The position numbers were made by a program, and so were the translations under genes. The notes below the pieces were generated by a model. That model had not been told where the DNA came from. It was given only the letters and a program-made list of their open reading frames with translations, and searched no databases. A stretch of 54,900 nt of DNA from Basidioascus undulatus. Its lineage: Eukaryota. Shown here one piece after another: positions 23,568 to 35,642 of the stretch (the stretch's first letter is position 1; each line of letters begins with the position of its first letter). The stretch is from contig JTLS01000049.1 of assembly GCA_000826855.1 (NCBI GenBank), positions 1 through 54,900 of the forward strand. Reading direction: 5' to 3'.

Positions 23568-26389
23568 CTAAGCCAGGCCTCCCAGGACGCCCAAGAACTC
23601 GCTGGGACTAAGCAGCTCCGTCCCTCCATACGTGACGGTCCTCCTCAGCCCCTCGCGTACGCCGGCGGCGCCGCCACTTGCCCACTCCGCCAAGTTCGCG
23701 TGCTCGACGAGGCTCGCGCCGCCGACGACAAAGACGATCGCGTCCGAGTGCGTCTGGCGTTCGTTGCCACCCGCGCGCTTGCCGCCTGTCGGGCGCGACT
23801 GGCGCGGATCGAACGTGAGGTAGTCGTCCGACTCTTGCAGCGCGGCGGTGGACGCGGAGGAGGGGTCCATGATGGAGGAGAGGAGGCGGGTGACGGGGAG
23901 CTCCTCTGCGGGCGGACGGGGGTTGCGGGCATGTGTCAGAGGAAAAGAACTGTGCAAAAGATGTAGGGTGGAATGGCGCACTCTTCGCGGGAAGGAAGTT
24001 CTTCACGCCCGAGATGAGGTTGTCCAGCCCTACGCCGCCGATCCCGCCCTCGCGCAGCCGGTCGGTGAGCTGTCGACCACGATGCCTTCTCATCAGCCCG
24101 ATTCTCGACACCTCCCTATCCGCAAGAAAAGCCTCAAACGTACCCGGTTCCCAATCGAGCTGAAACCCCTGAACAGTTCCCCGCCAGGCCCAGCCTGCGC
24201 CGGGGCAGCCGCAGCCTGTGCGGTAAAGCTGCTCATACGGTTCACCTCGCTCACTCTAACCAATTGCATTCCCAAATGCATACATCAGTTTCCTGCACCC
24301 TCATTTCCTTCTCGAACCAAAAGCGAGCAGGAAGTCCAGACGCACTTCTTCACATACTCCAGCGGCCGAAGGTCCGCGCCCGCGTCCTTCAGGAACGCCT
24401 CGAGCTCGGCAAGGTCCGCGCGCGAGAGGTCTGGCACGGAGAGGTAGAAGATGATCACGAGGCGGAGCTTGTCCTCGGGCGTCGCGTCCTTCACTTCGCG
24501 CAGCGTCTCGAGGATCTGGGCTTTGTTCTGTCGCACCCCGTCCCCGTTGTCAGAACCCCAACCCAAAGTTAAAACAAGAGAAAAGAAAAGGGAAGGGAGT
24601 GGGAAGATTTGGGGGAAGGATGGGAGGGGGAACGCACCTGCTTCGAGATCCCCTCCTCCGCCTGGAACAGCGTGTCGAGCCCGCGCGTCTTGATTGCCTG
24701 CAGCAGGCTCGTGGCGATGTTCATGTGCGCGTCGAGCGTCTGCTTGCGCGCCGTGAGCTCGGGGAGTGCCGTGATGGCGTTCTTGAGGTGCGCGGCGTTG
24801 GAGGAAAAGTCGCTGAGGACAAGAAACGCACGCGCGTTAGGGTCGAGAGGCCAGGAGTGAAGGGGAGAGAGACGGGAATGTACGCACATCTGCGAGATAT
24901 CATTCACGTCGCTCACGCCCGTGCTCCGCGTGATGTCCGCCGCGTCGCTCTTATACCTATCCCATTCACGCATTCCCGTCTGCACTCAGCAACCCGCCCT
25001 TCTTCCACCTGTTCTGTTCCTCCCTTCAAGCGCTCGACGCACCGGTTCAGCTCCGCGTCGATGTCCTCCGCGACGTGCGGGAACGGGTTCGCGGCGTTCT
25101 TGGCCCAGAAGAAGTCGCGCGCGTCCAGGTCGTACGCGCGCTTGGTGAGCTTGCCGCTCTCGGGGGCCTCCACCGTGACACGATTCAGCTTCATATCGAG
25201 CACGTCGCCCACCAGCGCTTGGTACGTCCACGAGTGGCTGAGCATGGGAACGAGGTCTATATTGCGGTCGAGGAGGACAAGGACTGTTCCCCGCGCCGCC
25301 CAGCTCAGCCATCCATTCTTTCCATTACCAAGCCTTCACAAGGGGAGGGGAGGCGCACCAGGTCGTTGCAGCCCCAACCCGGCGTCGGAAGAGAATAGCG
25401 AGGCGGACGAGCCGCGGGAGGAGAGGAGGTGGTCCCTAAGGCGTGCGTCGAGCTTGCGCGCGACCATCTCGGCTGCGTTCCCGCGCGGGCTGCGGATGAT
25501 GGGCACGACGCCCAAGGTCGCCACGGCGCTGAAGAGCCCGCGCGCGATGCGGTCCACCTCGTCCTCGATGACCTGCTCCGTCGCGCGCGGGTCGTTGAGG
25601 ACCGCGTACGCTGGCCGGGGCGCGGGCGGGGTGGGGTTGGGGAGGAGCGAGAAGAGGGAGGGGGAGAGGACAAGGAAGTCGAGGTATTGGTCGTAAACCT
25701 GCGCCCGGGGAGAGACCATGAGAGAAAGAGGGGATGCGGTGGGGGAAGAGGAGTCACGCACCTGAGCGACGAGATCTTCCCGCCCGCCTGCGGCTACGAG
25801 CGCGGCGAGCTCCTCGAGGAGGTTTCGGGGGAGGGAGGACGTAAAGTTCAAGTGGAAGGACTCGTACAGGCCTGCGGACACATCCTGCGCAGCGAAGAGC
25901 GTGGGTCAGGCTCGAGGGAGAGCCACGGGGACACAGGAGGCACGCACGGCGGCGATGCGCTTAATGTTGTCCAGCGTGGGCGCGACAAAGTAGATCGCAG
26001 GCACATCAGCCAGCTGCGGTCGGTCGCTATGCAGTTGCCTATTCCGCTCCCACCCCACCACCTCATCAGTCGCGTTCGCCCCTCCTGCTCCCCGCCTGCT
26101 CCCGCGCTACTCACAGATGCAGCGTGACTCCGCCCTCCCTGAGATCCTGCACCTTCAAACTCGTCGCCATCACGTCCTTGCTCTGCCCATCCAGGATCAA
26201 CACCTTCCACACAAGCCCCTCGCCGCCCACGGGCGGGAGGCCGGGCGTCTGGGGCCGGGAGGGGGCGGGGGTGAGGGCGGACGTGGACGAGGACGAGGAC
26301 GAGGCGGAGAGGGGGCTGTTGAGATTCAGGAGCGAGTGCAGCGCCTGCAGCTGCGCGTCGCGGAGTGTGCGCGCCGACGATGGGGCCAT
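23568..26389 (-). CDS. SLY1: Sec1/Munc18-family ER-Golgi SM protein Sly1
   Basis: [162 protein letters not shown]. Confidence 0.95.
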
Positions 26390-27246
26390 GCTGCTGATGG
26401 GTTCGGTGGAGATGGAGTCCGGAGCAGTTGAGAGCGCAGTGCGCGTGGCATCGCACAGTCGCGACATGGTCATCCCTAGCCAAGTTCGCACCCGTCAGCT
26501 GCAGCGCCAAACTTCGCTTCCTGCATGAAACGTTTGATAAGCTGATAATTTTTTGCAGGTGAACTCACTGCATTTCTCTCAATTTTTCAAGATCGACCTG
26601 AGAAAATACTCCGATGCCGACGGCTCCACCCGAGCATGCGAGGCAACCGCACGCTGGTTGGCAGCATCACCAAAGTTGATACAACCATTGCAAGCTCGCA
26701 AAGGGTTTGTAGGGCCATTAAGATAGACCAGCTAGTGCGCAATTTATGTAAAGCTTGAGTTCTGGCAGGCCCTGTCAGGCGAAAACAAGGTGATCACATG
26801 TCGCAGGGCTGAGGATCCCTGTTCAAGACCCGGCGTATATCCTTGCTATGACCATTCATGAGCTTCCCATAGATACTAGAAGCACTTGCTTGAAGAGTGG
26901 ACATTCGTGTTTATGCCCTAATCTTGCTCGAGTCCCACCTGGCAAGGGTCTCAAGCGGCAGAACAGACGTCCAATCCTGCTTGACGGTGATTGTCACTGC
27001 AGATACTTCCTAGGCACACCGATACCGTCCGGCCACAAGAAAGCAACCGAAGAACAAAAAACTTTAGAAGCGCACCCGGATAGAGATATCTGATCTCCGG
27101 TGCCTTCGTATCATCAGCCTCCCATCACGAACCGCCACCTGCATACCTAATTTCAGCGCTGCGAGCCGACGACAGTGTGCCTCTTTCTACACAAACGCCT
27201 TTAGCTGCCGGAGAAACACAGCAGCACAACAAGCACTTGACGCAGA

Positions 27247-27253
27247 TATAAAA
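27247..27253 (+). promoter_or_regulatory. TATA box of secreted protein 1
   Basis: TATAAAA ~66 nt upstream of ATG 27319. Confidence 0.55.
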
Positions 27254-27318
27254 GCGCGCGCTGCATGTGTAACTCCCTACATCGATTCACAGTCCCTCCC
27301 CAACCCACCACAACCGCA

Positions 27319-27847
27319 ATGCGTCTCTCACTCCCTCACCTCCTCCCGCTCGCGTTCGCACTCCTCGCGACCACCATCCGGGCGGCCCCCGCGCTCGGAG
27401 ACGACCTCCAACCGGCTCAACCTCGGGGGCAGCGGGTACAAGCACCAGACGACGTGCCCGCCGACCCCGACTTCACTGTCACCCTCAGCACCTGCCCGCC
27501 TACCGTGACGCCTACGCCCACCCCAACCCCCACCGTGACGGTCACTCTGACAGTTCCTGGAGACAGTGTCACCATCCCGAATACCGTCACTGTTCCAAGC
27601 GGTATCATCACTCTTCCGACGACCCTCACGATCCCAGGGGCGGGCGAGATCAGCACCGTCACTCTTCCTCCTGTTATTACCACGGAGACTTTCACTCAGT
27701 GTTCTGCCACTGGTACGGCGGAACCCGTGACCGTTACCGTCACTGTTGTGCGTTATCGTCTTCCCATGCCTATCTCCGTCCGCCCACTGCAGCAGCTGAT
27801 CATCCAAACACGCCGCGCAGGGCCCGCCGGAGCCCACCCAGACCTGA
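27319..27847 (+). CDS. Small secreted Thr/Val/Pro-rich protein 1 (151 aa; exons 27319-27747, 27821-27847)
   Basis: Signal peptide MRLSLPHLLPLAFALLATTIRA, repeated TVTVT/TLTI motifs, two Cys; intron gtgcgt...gctgat...cag; ends GPPEPTQT*. Confidence 0.8.
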
Positions 27848-28896
27848 TTTTAGCATTAGACATCTCCCGTAGCAGACGTACTGGAGTGGCTCACCTAATG
27901 ACGAACGCAAGCTGTGCTATTTTTACTGAGTGCATCGCTCTGGAAAGTATCTAAACTTCCTACGGCTGTGAGACCGGGCAAGAGCTCCCAACATGAACGT
28001 GCTGTCCTTCGAAAAGCGGCTTGCCTGCGGGCGCAATGTTGCACCCCCGCTGTAGTGTCAGCTTCTCATAGCGAAGGAACCCACACCGCTCTTTACCTCC
28101 CTTCACATTCTCTTGGAGGACAATTCATCAGAGGATATAGAACGCAAATGTATTCGGCCGTACAGCACTTACTCGAGATGTTGTGTAACCATTGGAAGGC
28201 AAACTACTGAGCTCTGATCATCATTTGAGCACCTTACTTGCCAAACGAACTGTCGACACAGAAAGCCCTTGCGTTCAGCCTCTTGCTCGTCACTATGGGC
28301 AGGTGAGTGTACGTGCTATACTTGAAGGGGGACCAGACCACCCAAAGGAAACCCCCAGCCCTCTTCAGGTCCACTGCGTCACACAATTAAGTCGTCCTTA
28401 CAGACTGTGTGTTTAGTGTTCCACACAACCGACCCGTCTACACCAGGTCAACTGTTTCACTTGAATTCAAATATGTATTGGGGAACAGATGACTCCCCCC
28501 CTGAATTGAGGAGGCAGCCGCCGCAGGCAGAAGAGACGTGCACTCGGCTCGGTGATGGTGCAAGCGCTCCTCGCGCTTTCGATCCCATTGTCGCCCCCCT
28601 CCCCCCTCCAGGGAAAATCCAAATACACCCCTTGTGTTCTCAGACAGAGAGAGGAATCTGATCTCCGATTCCTCCTTGCAACCAGTCGCCTCGCATGCAT
28701 GTAGGCGAATCGCCACCCGTGCCTATATTTGCACTGTAGAGTAAGCCTTCTATCCGGCGCAAAGCACGGCAACGCACGTTTTCGAAATCGCTTCTCTCAG
28801 GTATACGAACGTCTCGAGGGAAAAGTCTTTGTTTCTGCATTCCCCTAGCCCGCCCTACATTCATGACCACCCCCTCACACCCAACGACAGGCTGCA

Positions 28897-29276
28897 ATGC
28901 GCCTCGCACTCTCGCACCTCCTCCTCCTCACTTTTGGCCTCTTGGCGGCGCTCGTCGGCGCCTCCCCATGTCTCGGAGAGGGCCACGCGGGCCTCAGAAA
29001 CCTCCTCAACTTTGGGAACAAGCACCACAAGACCGCGACGGCCTGCACGCCGGTAACTGTCACCGCCACCCCTCCTCCTCTGACCGCGACGGTGACTGCA
29101 CCGACCACATTCACTGTATCGCAATGTACTCGACAGCCCGTATTGCAAGTAGCAGTCACCGCTACCGTTACGGTGACGGCTGTACGTGTCTTTAGCTTCT
29201 CGTCTTCCATCTCTCCCCGCCCACTGCAGCAGCTGACCATCACACCCCGCAGACCCCGACCTTCACCCCCAGCTGA
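28897..29276 (+). CDS. Small secreted Thr/Val-rich protein 2, paralog of protein 1 (102 aa; exons 28897-29181, 29253-29276)
   Basis: Signal peptide MRLALSHLLLLTFGLLAALVGA, TVTAT/TVTVT motifs; intron at the same relative position sharing cgcccactgcagcagctga with paralog 1; ends TPTFTPS*. Confidence 0.8.
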
Positions 29277-29883
29277 TCATTACATGTTCCGTTTCAAACT
29301 CTCTGTAGTTTTTTTGTCTACAAGCTGATATTTCTGCAATATGGACTCAGATAATCATGAACGCTGCTCTGCTGCTCTACTGCTCCACCGCGGTGGATCG
29401 CAGTAGCATGCGCGAGCAGTCCTCAGTTTGAATGGCGAGGGAGGTTCATCATCTCACAAAATGCAGATGTCCTACCGAAAGTGAGTTTAATGAGGGTGCG
29501 TGATGCGTTGCCCCCTGGCGCATTCAGGCTTTATTAACGGGAAGTGGCAGGGCTCTTTCCTTGCTTTACATGCGCGCATATTCTGTTCTGAGCGCTTCAA
29601 GCCCCCTCCAGTTCCGCAGACAATTGAAATACAATACACGACGTACGTAACTTAGTCATCTGTGTAGGTCATGACGGTTGTGTGGACATTGTAGACCATT
29701 GTCAGTCAGTCACGGGCGAGTGCCCGAGTCATACCTCGTGCAGCTTGCCAAAAAGACTGGCACCTGTACGCGTGAAGCAGGTGCCAGGATCGCTCAGAAC
29801 AGGCTCAAAAGAGAAGCTAAAACAGTGGGTCATACAAACTGGCCACCCGTCTCACCCCCATTCCATCGTGTGTTCAACAACAT

Positions 29884-32335
29884 CTACAGCCCTGCGACAA
29901 ACCTCGCAATCTCACTTCGACCCTCCGTCTCCCGCGCGTTCTTGAGCAAAGCGCAAAGCTCCCGGGGCTCTTCGCCTCCTCCGCGCACCCTCCTCGCCTC
30001 GCGCGAGACGGAATACGTCGCCGAGCTCAGCCTTGACCGACTCGGTCGTGCCAGTAAATCGTGCCAGTAACAGGAGTTCCGGTGTGTAGCGCTGGTCGTC
30101 CCATGTTCCCCGCGCGGCCCTAATCTAATTCGAACAAGTTTATTCAGTTAGAACGTACGGTCGAAGGAAAATAAAGAACCGGGGGTGTGACGGAACACGC
30201 ACCTCGAAAGCCGGCCGGGTCGTCCGTGTTGCAGAGCTTCGAAGCATGAATGGGTTGGTCTCCCAGACTGTTTAACAGTTGGAGTTTGAGCAGTGAGGTT
30301 CAGGAACAATACGTTGAGAGAAGCTGTCTCACATAGGCCAGAAAATGAGTGGCACGCCCTGGGTGAGCCCTTCCGTCGTCGAGCTATATCCTCCATCTGT
30401 ATCTGATCTGAGAGGTATCCTAATGGCATGGGATGGAATACTAAGAAACCCCAGCACGCACGGGTCATGAACCACCCGGTGGCTTTGTGCGCGAGGACAG
30501 CCTGCAGCTGAACCCACACTGATGATGCCTCGGCCGATCCGATGCACCCGCTCGCGAAGATCTTCTGGCAGGCTTGCGAAAACAGCGCCCATAGGGAAGA
30601 CGAACGGCATGGGCGGCTCCACTTCGAGGAGAGTGTCGATGAGCGCCTCGACTACGTGCGGCGTGTGCATGGGGAAGTACATGCTGCCGGAATGCATCGT
30701 TTATACCTCAAATAACGCGCCCCCGCGACTGTATTATCTCACCCGAACGAGATGTAGAGGAGAGAATTCTCCCCGTACGTCTTCACGCTCTCGTCCACAA
30801 ACGTGCTCACTACATCGACGTCCGCCGTCGTTTTTGGGGCGTCAAAGTCCAGGACTGCGCCTTCGTCGAGTTCCACCCGGCCCAGTACTTCTGCAGGAGC
30901 TGAACGCCGACGCCGTAGATCCGAGGTCCGTCCCGTGCCACTGGCGGCTGCTTCGGGCTCGAATACTGTTGATGCGGGAAGGTCTACTCCATCGGCAGTG
31001 CGCATAAAACGCATAACCTTACGAAGACCTCGAGCGCTGAATTAGCCGGAGGTGCACCGTCAGCTGGAACTCTGTGGATGTGCGCAAGGGACTCGCCTGC
31101 TGCTACGCCGAAAGCGCCTTGCGGTACCTACGCAATGTGATGAGCAAGTCGCAGCGCTGTAGGTGTATCGTGATTAGGATAAAGTAAGTGAACCTACGAA
31201 TTCGTAGTCGTACTGCGGGGGGATGCCCACCAGCTGAATCTCCCTTCCATTTGGAGTCAGTTGAGCTGCCTATATGGAAAAGGAAAATTGTATTACATTG
31301 TGAAGAATGTCCAATTATTTGCGACCCTTACGCGTCTCCTTGTTGTTGAAGATGGCATCCGCGTTCTTCGGCAGGTCTGCGATACCATCGACAGTAGGGG
31401 GACCGAACAGCCTACGGCGTTGCCGACTGTGCGAGCCTCTCGAATCCGAGAGCACACCGCTGATGTCTCATACTGATTCAAGCAGGTGAAGATGAGCGGC
31501 ACCCACGCCAGGACAGGAACGTCTCCGACAATCTCGCGCGTCTGGGCCTCAGTGTAGCCGCCGTACCAATCGATCTGTGCGAAACACGCTTTCAGTATTG
31601 AGTAAAGCTGGGCTGTTCGAATAAAGTAGAACTTCACGTACCAAGACCGTGCTCGGCTTCGGCCAGTCCCCCCCCCGCGCCCCGCCGCGTCCCGAACGAG
31701 TCGGTCGATCTTCTGCCCTTCCCAGATCTGTCGAAGGGCGGCGCCCGGCCAGTGGCTGATTATCTGCCCCATGTGCGGCACGAACAGGTCGGCGTAGTTG
31801 CTGCTCGCCGCCTCGGCCTCCCCGATCCCGACGAGGCGCAGGCGATCGGTCTTGCAATGCACGCAGTTGAGGTCGGCTTTGCACTTGGGGACTGATGATA
31901 TAAACACATTTACCTCGAAGCGAAAATTTCAGAAGCAGGGTTGGGTACGCACTTAGAATGTGATGATTCACGTAGGTCACCAAGACGTCGTCGTGCTCCG
32001 CAAGCAGGCCAGCCAGGAAAGGGAGGAGCGGGCGGCTGAGATCAAGGCAGCGTCAGCTCATTCACCTCTTTGGAAAAAATTCGTAGCAATAATATTCACA
32101 TATGGCCCAAGAACGGGTACCAAAGCACAACCAAATGCTTCGGAGGCGCCCGCTCTCCCCTCTCCTCCACGACTTCCTTCACAACCGTGCCGACTTTCTC
32201 GTTCACACCTTCCTCTCCATCGACCCTCTCGGTTTCTTTCTCATTATCCGATGACGTGTTGACGCGAGAAGGGACGTCGTGAGCGTGCAACTTCTCATGT
32301 AGGGCGTTGGTGAGGTTCGATAAAGTGTTCGACAT
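29884..32335 (-). pseudogene. UDP-glycosyltransferase (GT1) gene with frameshifts
   Basis: HLVVLWYPFLGHM/RP, LLYISFG/SMYFP, PSPG-like WVQLQAVLAHKATGWFMT/HGGYSSTTEGLTQGVPLIFWPM..DQP. Only 4 nt separate GII and WVQ codons (~30520), i.e. a frameshift; more breaks near 31700 and 30000. Confidence 0.75.
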
Positions 32336-33193
32336 GGCGCGATGCGTGCAGCTGCTGGGGTGAAAGAGAGGGGAAGAACGTGCAGGAGACCTGGCCAAGT
32401 CGTTTATCTTATCATCTAATGGTGAGACAGCCGTCGGTGCCTAAATATTGCATGGAGGAGTTCTGTTCCTAGCTTGCAGCGGTTGCAGCGAGGGCGTGCG
32501 GCGACAGCGCTACCGATCGCTGTACTTATCAAATCCTCACCTGCCCAGTCAAGCCCAGTCCGACCTTGCTGCACCTCCAAAATACCAAGATGTTCTTCAA
32601 AGAATTTTGGAGCATCACAGTCTGAGTAAAATATACGCTGAGTGGATACCGCCGTAGTACATATCCAGTGCTCAGGCTGTCTTACGAGGTGTTCTGTGGC
32701 TGCCGGCGAATACCGTTTGACAGCGCTCGGTTCGCTTGAGGTCTACGTCGCTCGGCGACCATGCTGCAAATCCAGGCTACGCTTTTTCAAGTACTTTTTT
32801 TTCGAAATGCAGCTGCTGGCTGGTCACCTCACAATGCGGTGAACTTTAATCTGGAGTTAGACCACACGCTCGAGGGCCCGATCTATCAAATAATCAGCAG
32901 GATCACCCTTCCAGGGTTTATTTTTCAAGTCCCGCAAGGGCAATACAACCGTCTTCGTCAATCCAGCCGTCACCCTCTCCTTTCTGAAACCACCGCTTCC
33001 CTTCCCATCGAGCAACTTCAGACAGGCCTTTCCCCGACTCACTCGACCACCCCTCGCTTTGAGCGCCTTCTCGAGTGGCCAAGACGTGCGCAGGGCAATG
33101 ACATCCTTCAAGAGACGCTGAGGAGGTATAGATAGGATATGCATCGACGTCTCTGTGCAAGCATCTCGTTCAACCGAGTCGTATCGTATCGCA

Positions 33194-34762
33194 TCACAGC
33201 GCTGCGCTCTTCAGATCCGCTCCGAGCGCTTCTACAGCAGCCTGTACTGCAGGAGCGACCTGCTTCCTCTGTGGCGCAGTCCGAACGCGTCAGTGACCCA
33301 CAAAGAAACGAGGGGTTGAAGTCAGGCACTCACAGTAGCCTTCGTGTTCCCCTGATTCCAAACCCACGCCCGGCGTACACCAGCCGCCTGCAGCTCGCCC
33401 TTCTTCCACTTCCCAAACCGCAAATCCTCGTTCGCCTCGAGCGCACGCACGACGTCCTCGGCCCTCCCGCTCTTCGCCAACTTCCCTTCCGCGGGGGCGA
33501 GGAGGAGGACCTCGCGCCTGTGCTTGCCCGAGCTCTGGCCCTTGAAGCTCGTGAGGAGGAGAAGCGCGTCGAGAGCGCGCTCAGCCGCGAACGCGTCGAG
33601 GGCGGACCAGAAGGCCGGCCAGTCGCCGCGGATCGTGTGTTTCAGGGAGAGCGTGGAGGATGCGAGGCCCAGGGAGAGATGGTTCGATGTCCGCAGCTGC
33701 TTGTAGTCGCGGCGGATGAGCTCAGGGGTGGAGAGGGAGGTGACGTCGGACTTGGCGTGGGAGAGCGCGTCGAAGAGCGGAGAGGTCAGGGCGGCGGCGG
33801 TTGAAGGGGCGGCGGCGGTGGTGTTGAGGGGGGAGAGTGAGGAGGGTGAAGCAAAGGAAGAAAGGGGGAGGAGGAACCGGAACGCCTCGTGGTCGACCGG
33901 CTGGGCCTTTCCGCCCTCGCGGAGGTTGGCCGTGTCGATGACGATCGCGCTGATCAAGAGATCAACGAGCTCGGTCGGCACGGCGTACTCGTTCTGCTCC
34001 TCCTTGATCGCCCGCTCCCACGCCTCCCTAAACTCCTGTACGACCAAGCTCGCGCAGCTCCCCACGGGCACCTGGACCCTCCTGAGCTCCGTCTCTCCCC
34101 CTTCATACAGCCCCTCGTCAATATGGTGGTCCATGACCGCGCGAACCTTGCCCTGCCCCCACGCCGGGCCGAGGCGGTTGTGGTCCACGAGGGCGTAGGA
34201 TGCCCCGCGGGCGGTGAGCGTTGAAGGAGGCTCGGGGAGGTCGGAGAGCGTGGAGAGGGAGGTGGGCGGGAGTTCAGCGGATTGGAGGGCGAGCGCGTTC
34301 TCAGGGCGGAGGGGCAGGTCCGCGCGCCGGATCTGGTGCAGAGGGAGGAGGTTTGGGGAGGAGAAGGGCGCGGAGGGGAGCGTGGAAAGGTACGCGAAGG
34401 CTAGGGCCGAGGCGAGCGAGTCCAGGTCTGCCATCCAAAGGGGAGAGAGATCGTCAGTTCCCCCGCCTCGACTAACGACCAAATAGAAAGCACGCACCAC
34501 CCGCCTCATTCCCCATCACAACAGTCCACCTCTCCAGACTCCCCCCTGCCTCGAGGTCTCTCAAAAATACCTCCTTCCGTGCGCGCACGAACGCATTTAG
34601 GCTGATGGGGGGCATGGCAATCGGGCCAGGTGAGGTGCCGCGGAAGAGGGTGCGCGAGCTGCGGGAGGAGGTGGCTGCGCGCCGGAAGAGGAATACGGGA
34701 GAGAAGAGCAGGATAAGACCGAGCGTGGGCAGGAGCAGCAAGGAGCACAGCCGGCGGGGCAT
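33194..34762 (-). CDS. PPX1: DHH-family exopolyphosphatase (Ppx1/Prune-like)
   Basis: VVMGNEAG/DLDSLASA, LRPEN, LVDHN, DHH, VGSCASLV, IVIDTANL, IRRDYKQ, VWNQGNTKAT/RKQVAP. Second in-frame ATG at 34615. Confidence 0.9.
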
Positions 34763-35642
34763 GCACGCGTGGTGCAACTGAGTAGGAGGATCAAGGTCAA
34801 GCAAGGGGCAGCGAGCTTGAGCGAGCAAAGGGCCGCTGAGTTCCCGTCCTCGGCGGTTTCGCTCGCCTTTGCACACACTGTGCGCAGGAATTTTCTGCGC
34901 CTAACACACTCTTGAGAATGAAATACGGACTGGTTTTGGTTCATGGCATCTGGGCTCTACGACACACTTCCCGAACGCAAGCGCCTTGTGAAGTTGATCA
35001 AATATTCAAATCACGGAGGAGGGATTCTTTTTCGTACGTCGACCGGTACCGTCCAGTACCAGTTTCGGCCTGTATTATAAAGGGACTGGCAAAATAATCT
35101 TATCTCGTAATTCCAACAAAAAGCAGCAAAGAGGTAACCCCGCCTCTTTTGACGGGGTCCCATTTCTAATTCACACCGCTCGGCGTCTCGAGTAGTGTAG
35201 GGGTGCTTCGCCTTTCACTGCGTCCTACGCAGAGGCTCTGGGATCTGGCAACAGTGTTTACATAGAAACATACTACCAGTCTGGAGGGCTTCATGGCGAG
35301 GGGGGGAGTCTGGCCGCCGACCGCTCTCTCTGACCACCAGGCACATCGTGTGCCCAATGGGTCAGCAACTTGCCACAAGCTGCCGAGCCACGGTATGCGG
35401 CCTTCTCATGCGTCGGGTGACCGGTGGATCTAATTACTGCAACTTCAATCTGCTGAAGGAAGGAGGTGAGGATGAGGATGAAGACTGCTTGTCAGGCAGA
35501 GTAAATCAGTCATGGCGATCTGGCAGCTGTTCCGCCGCCGCCGCTCCGTTCTTCCGTTCTACCGCGCCGCCTTCTTGCCCACTTTCGGCCCCGGATGAAA
35601 CTCCAATGCAGTTAAAACGCCCCCAGTAAAATATTCATTTAT

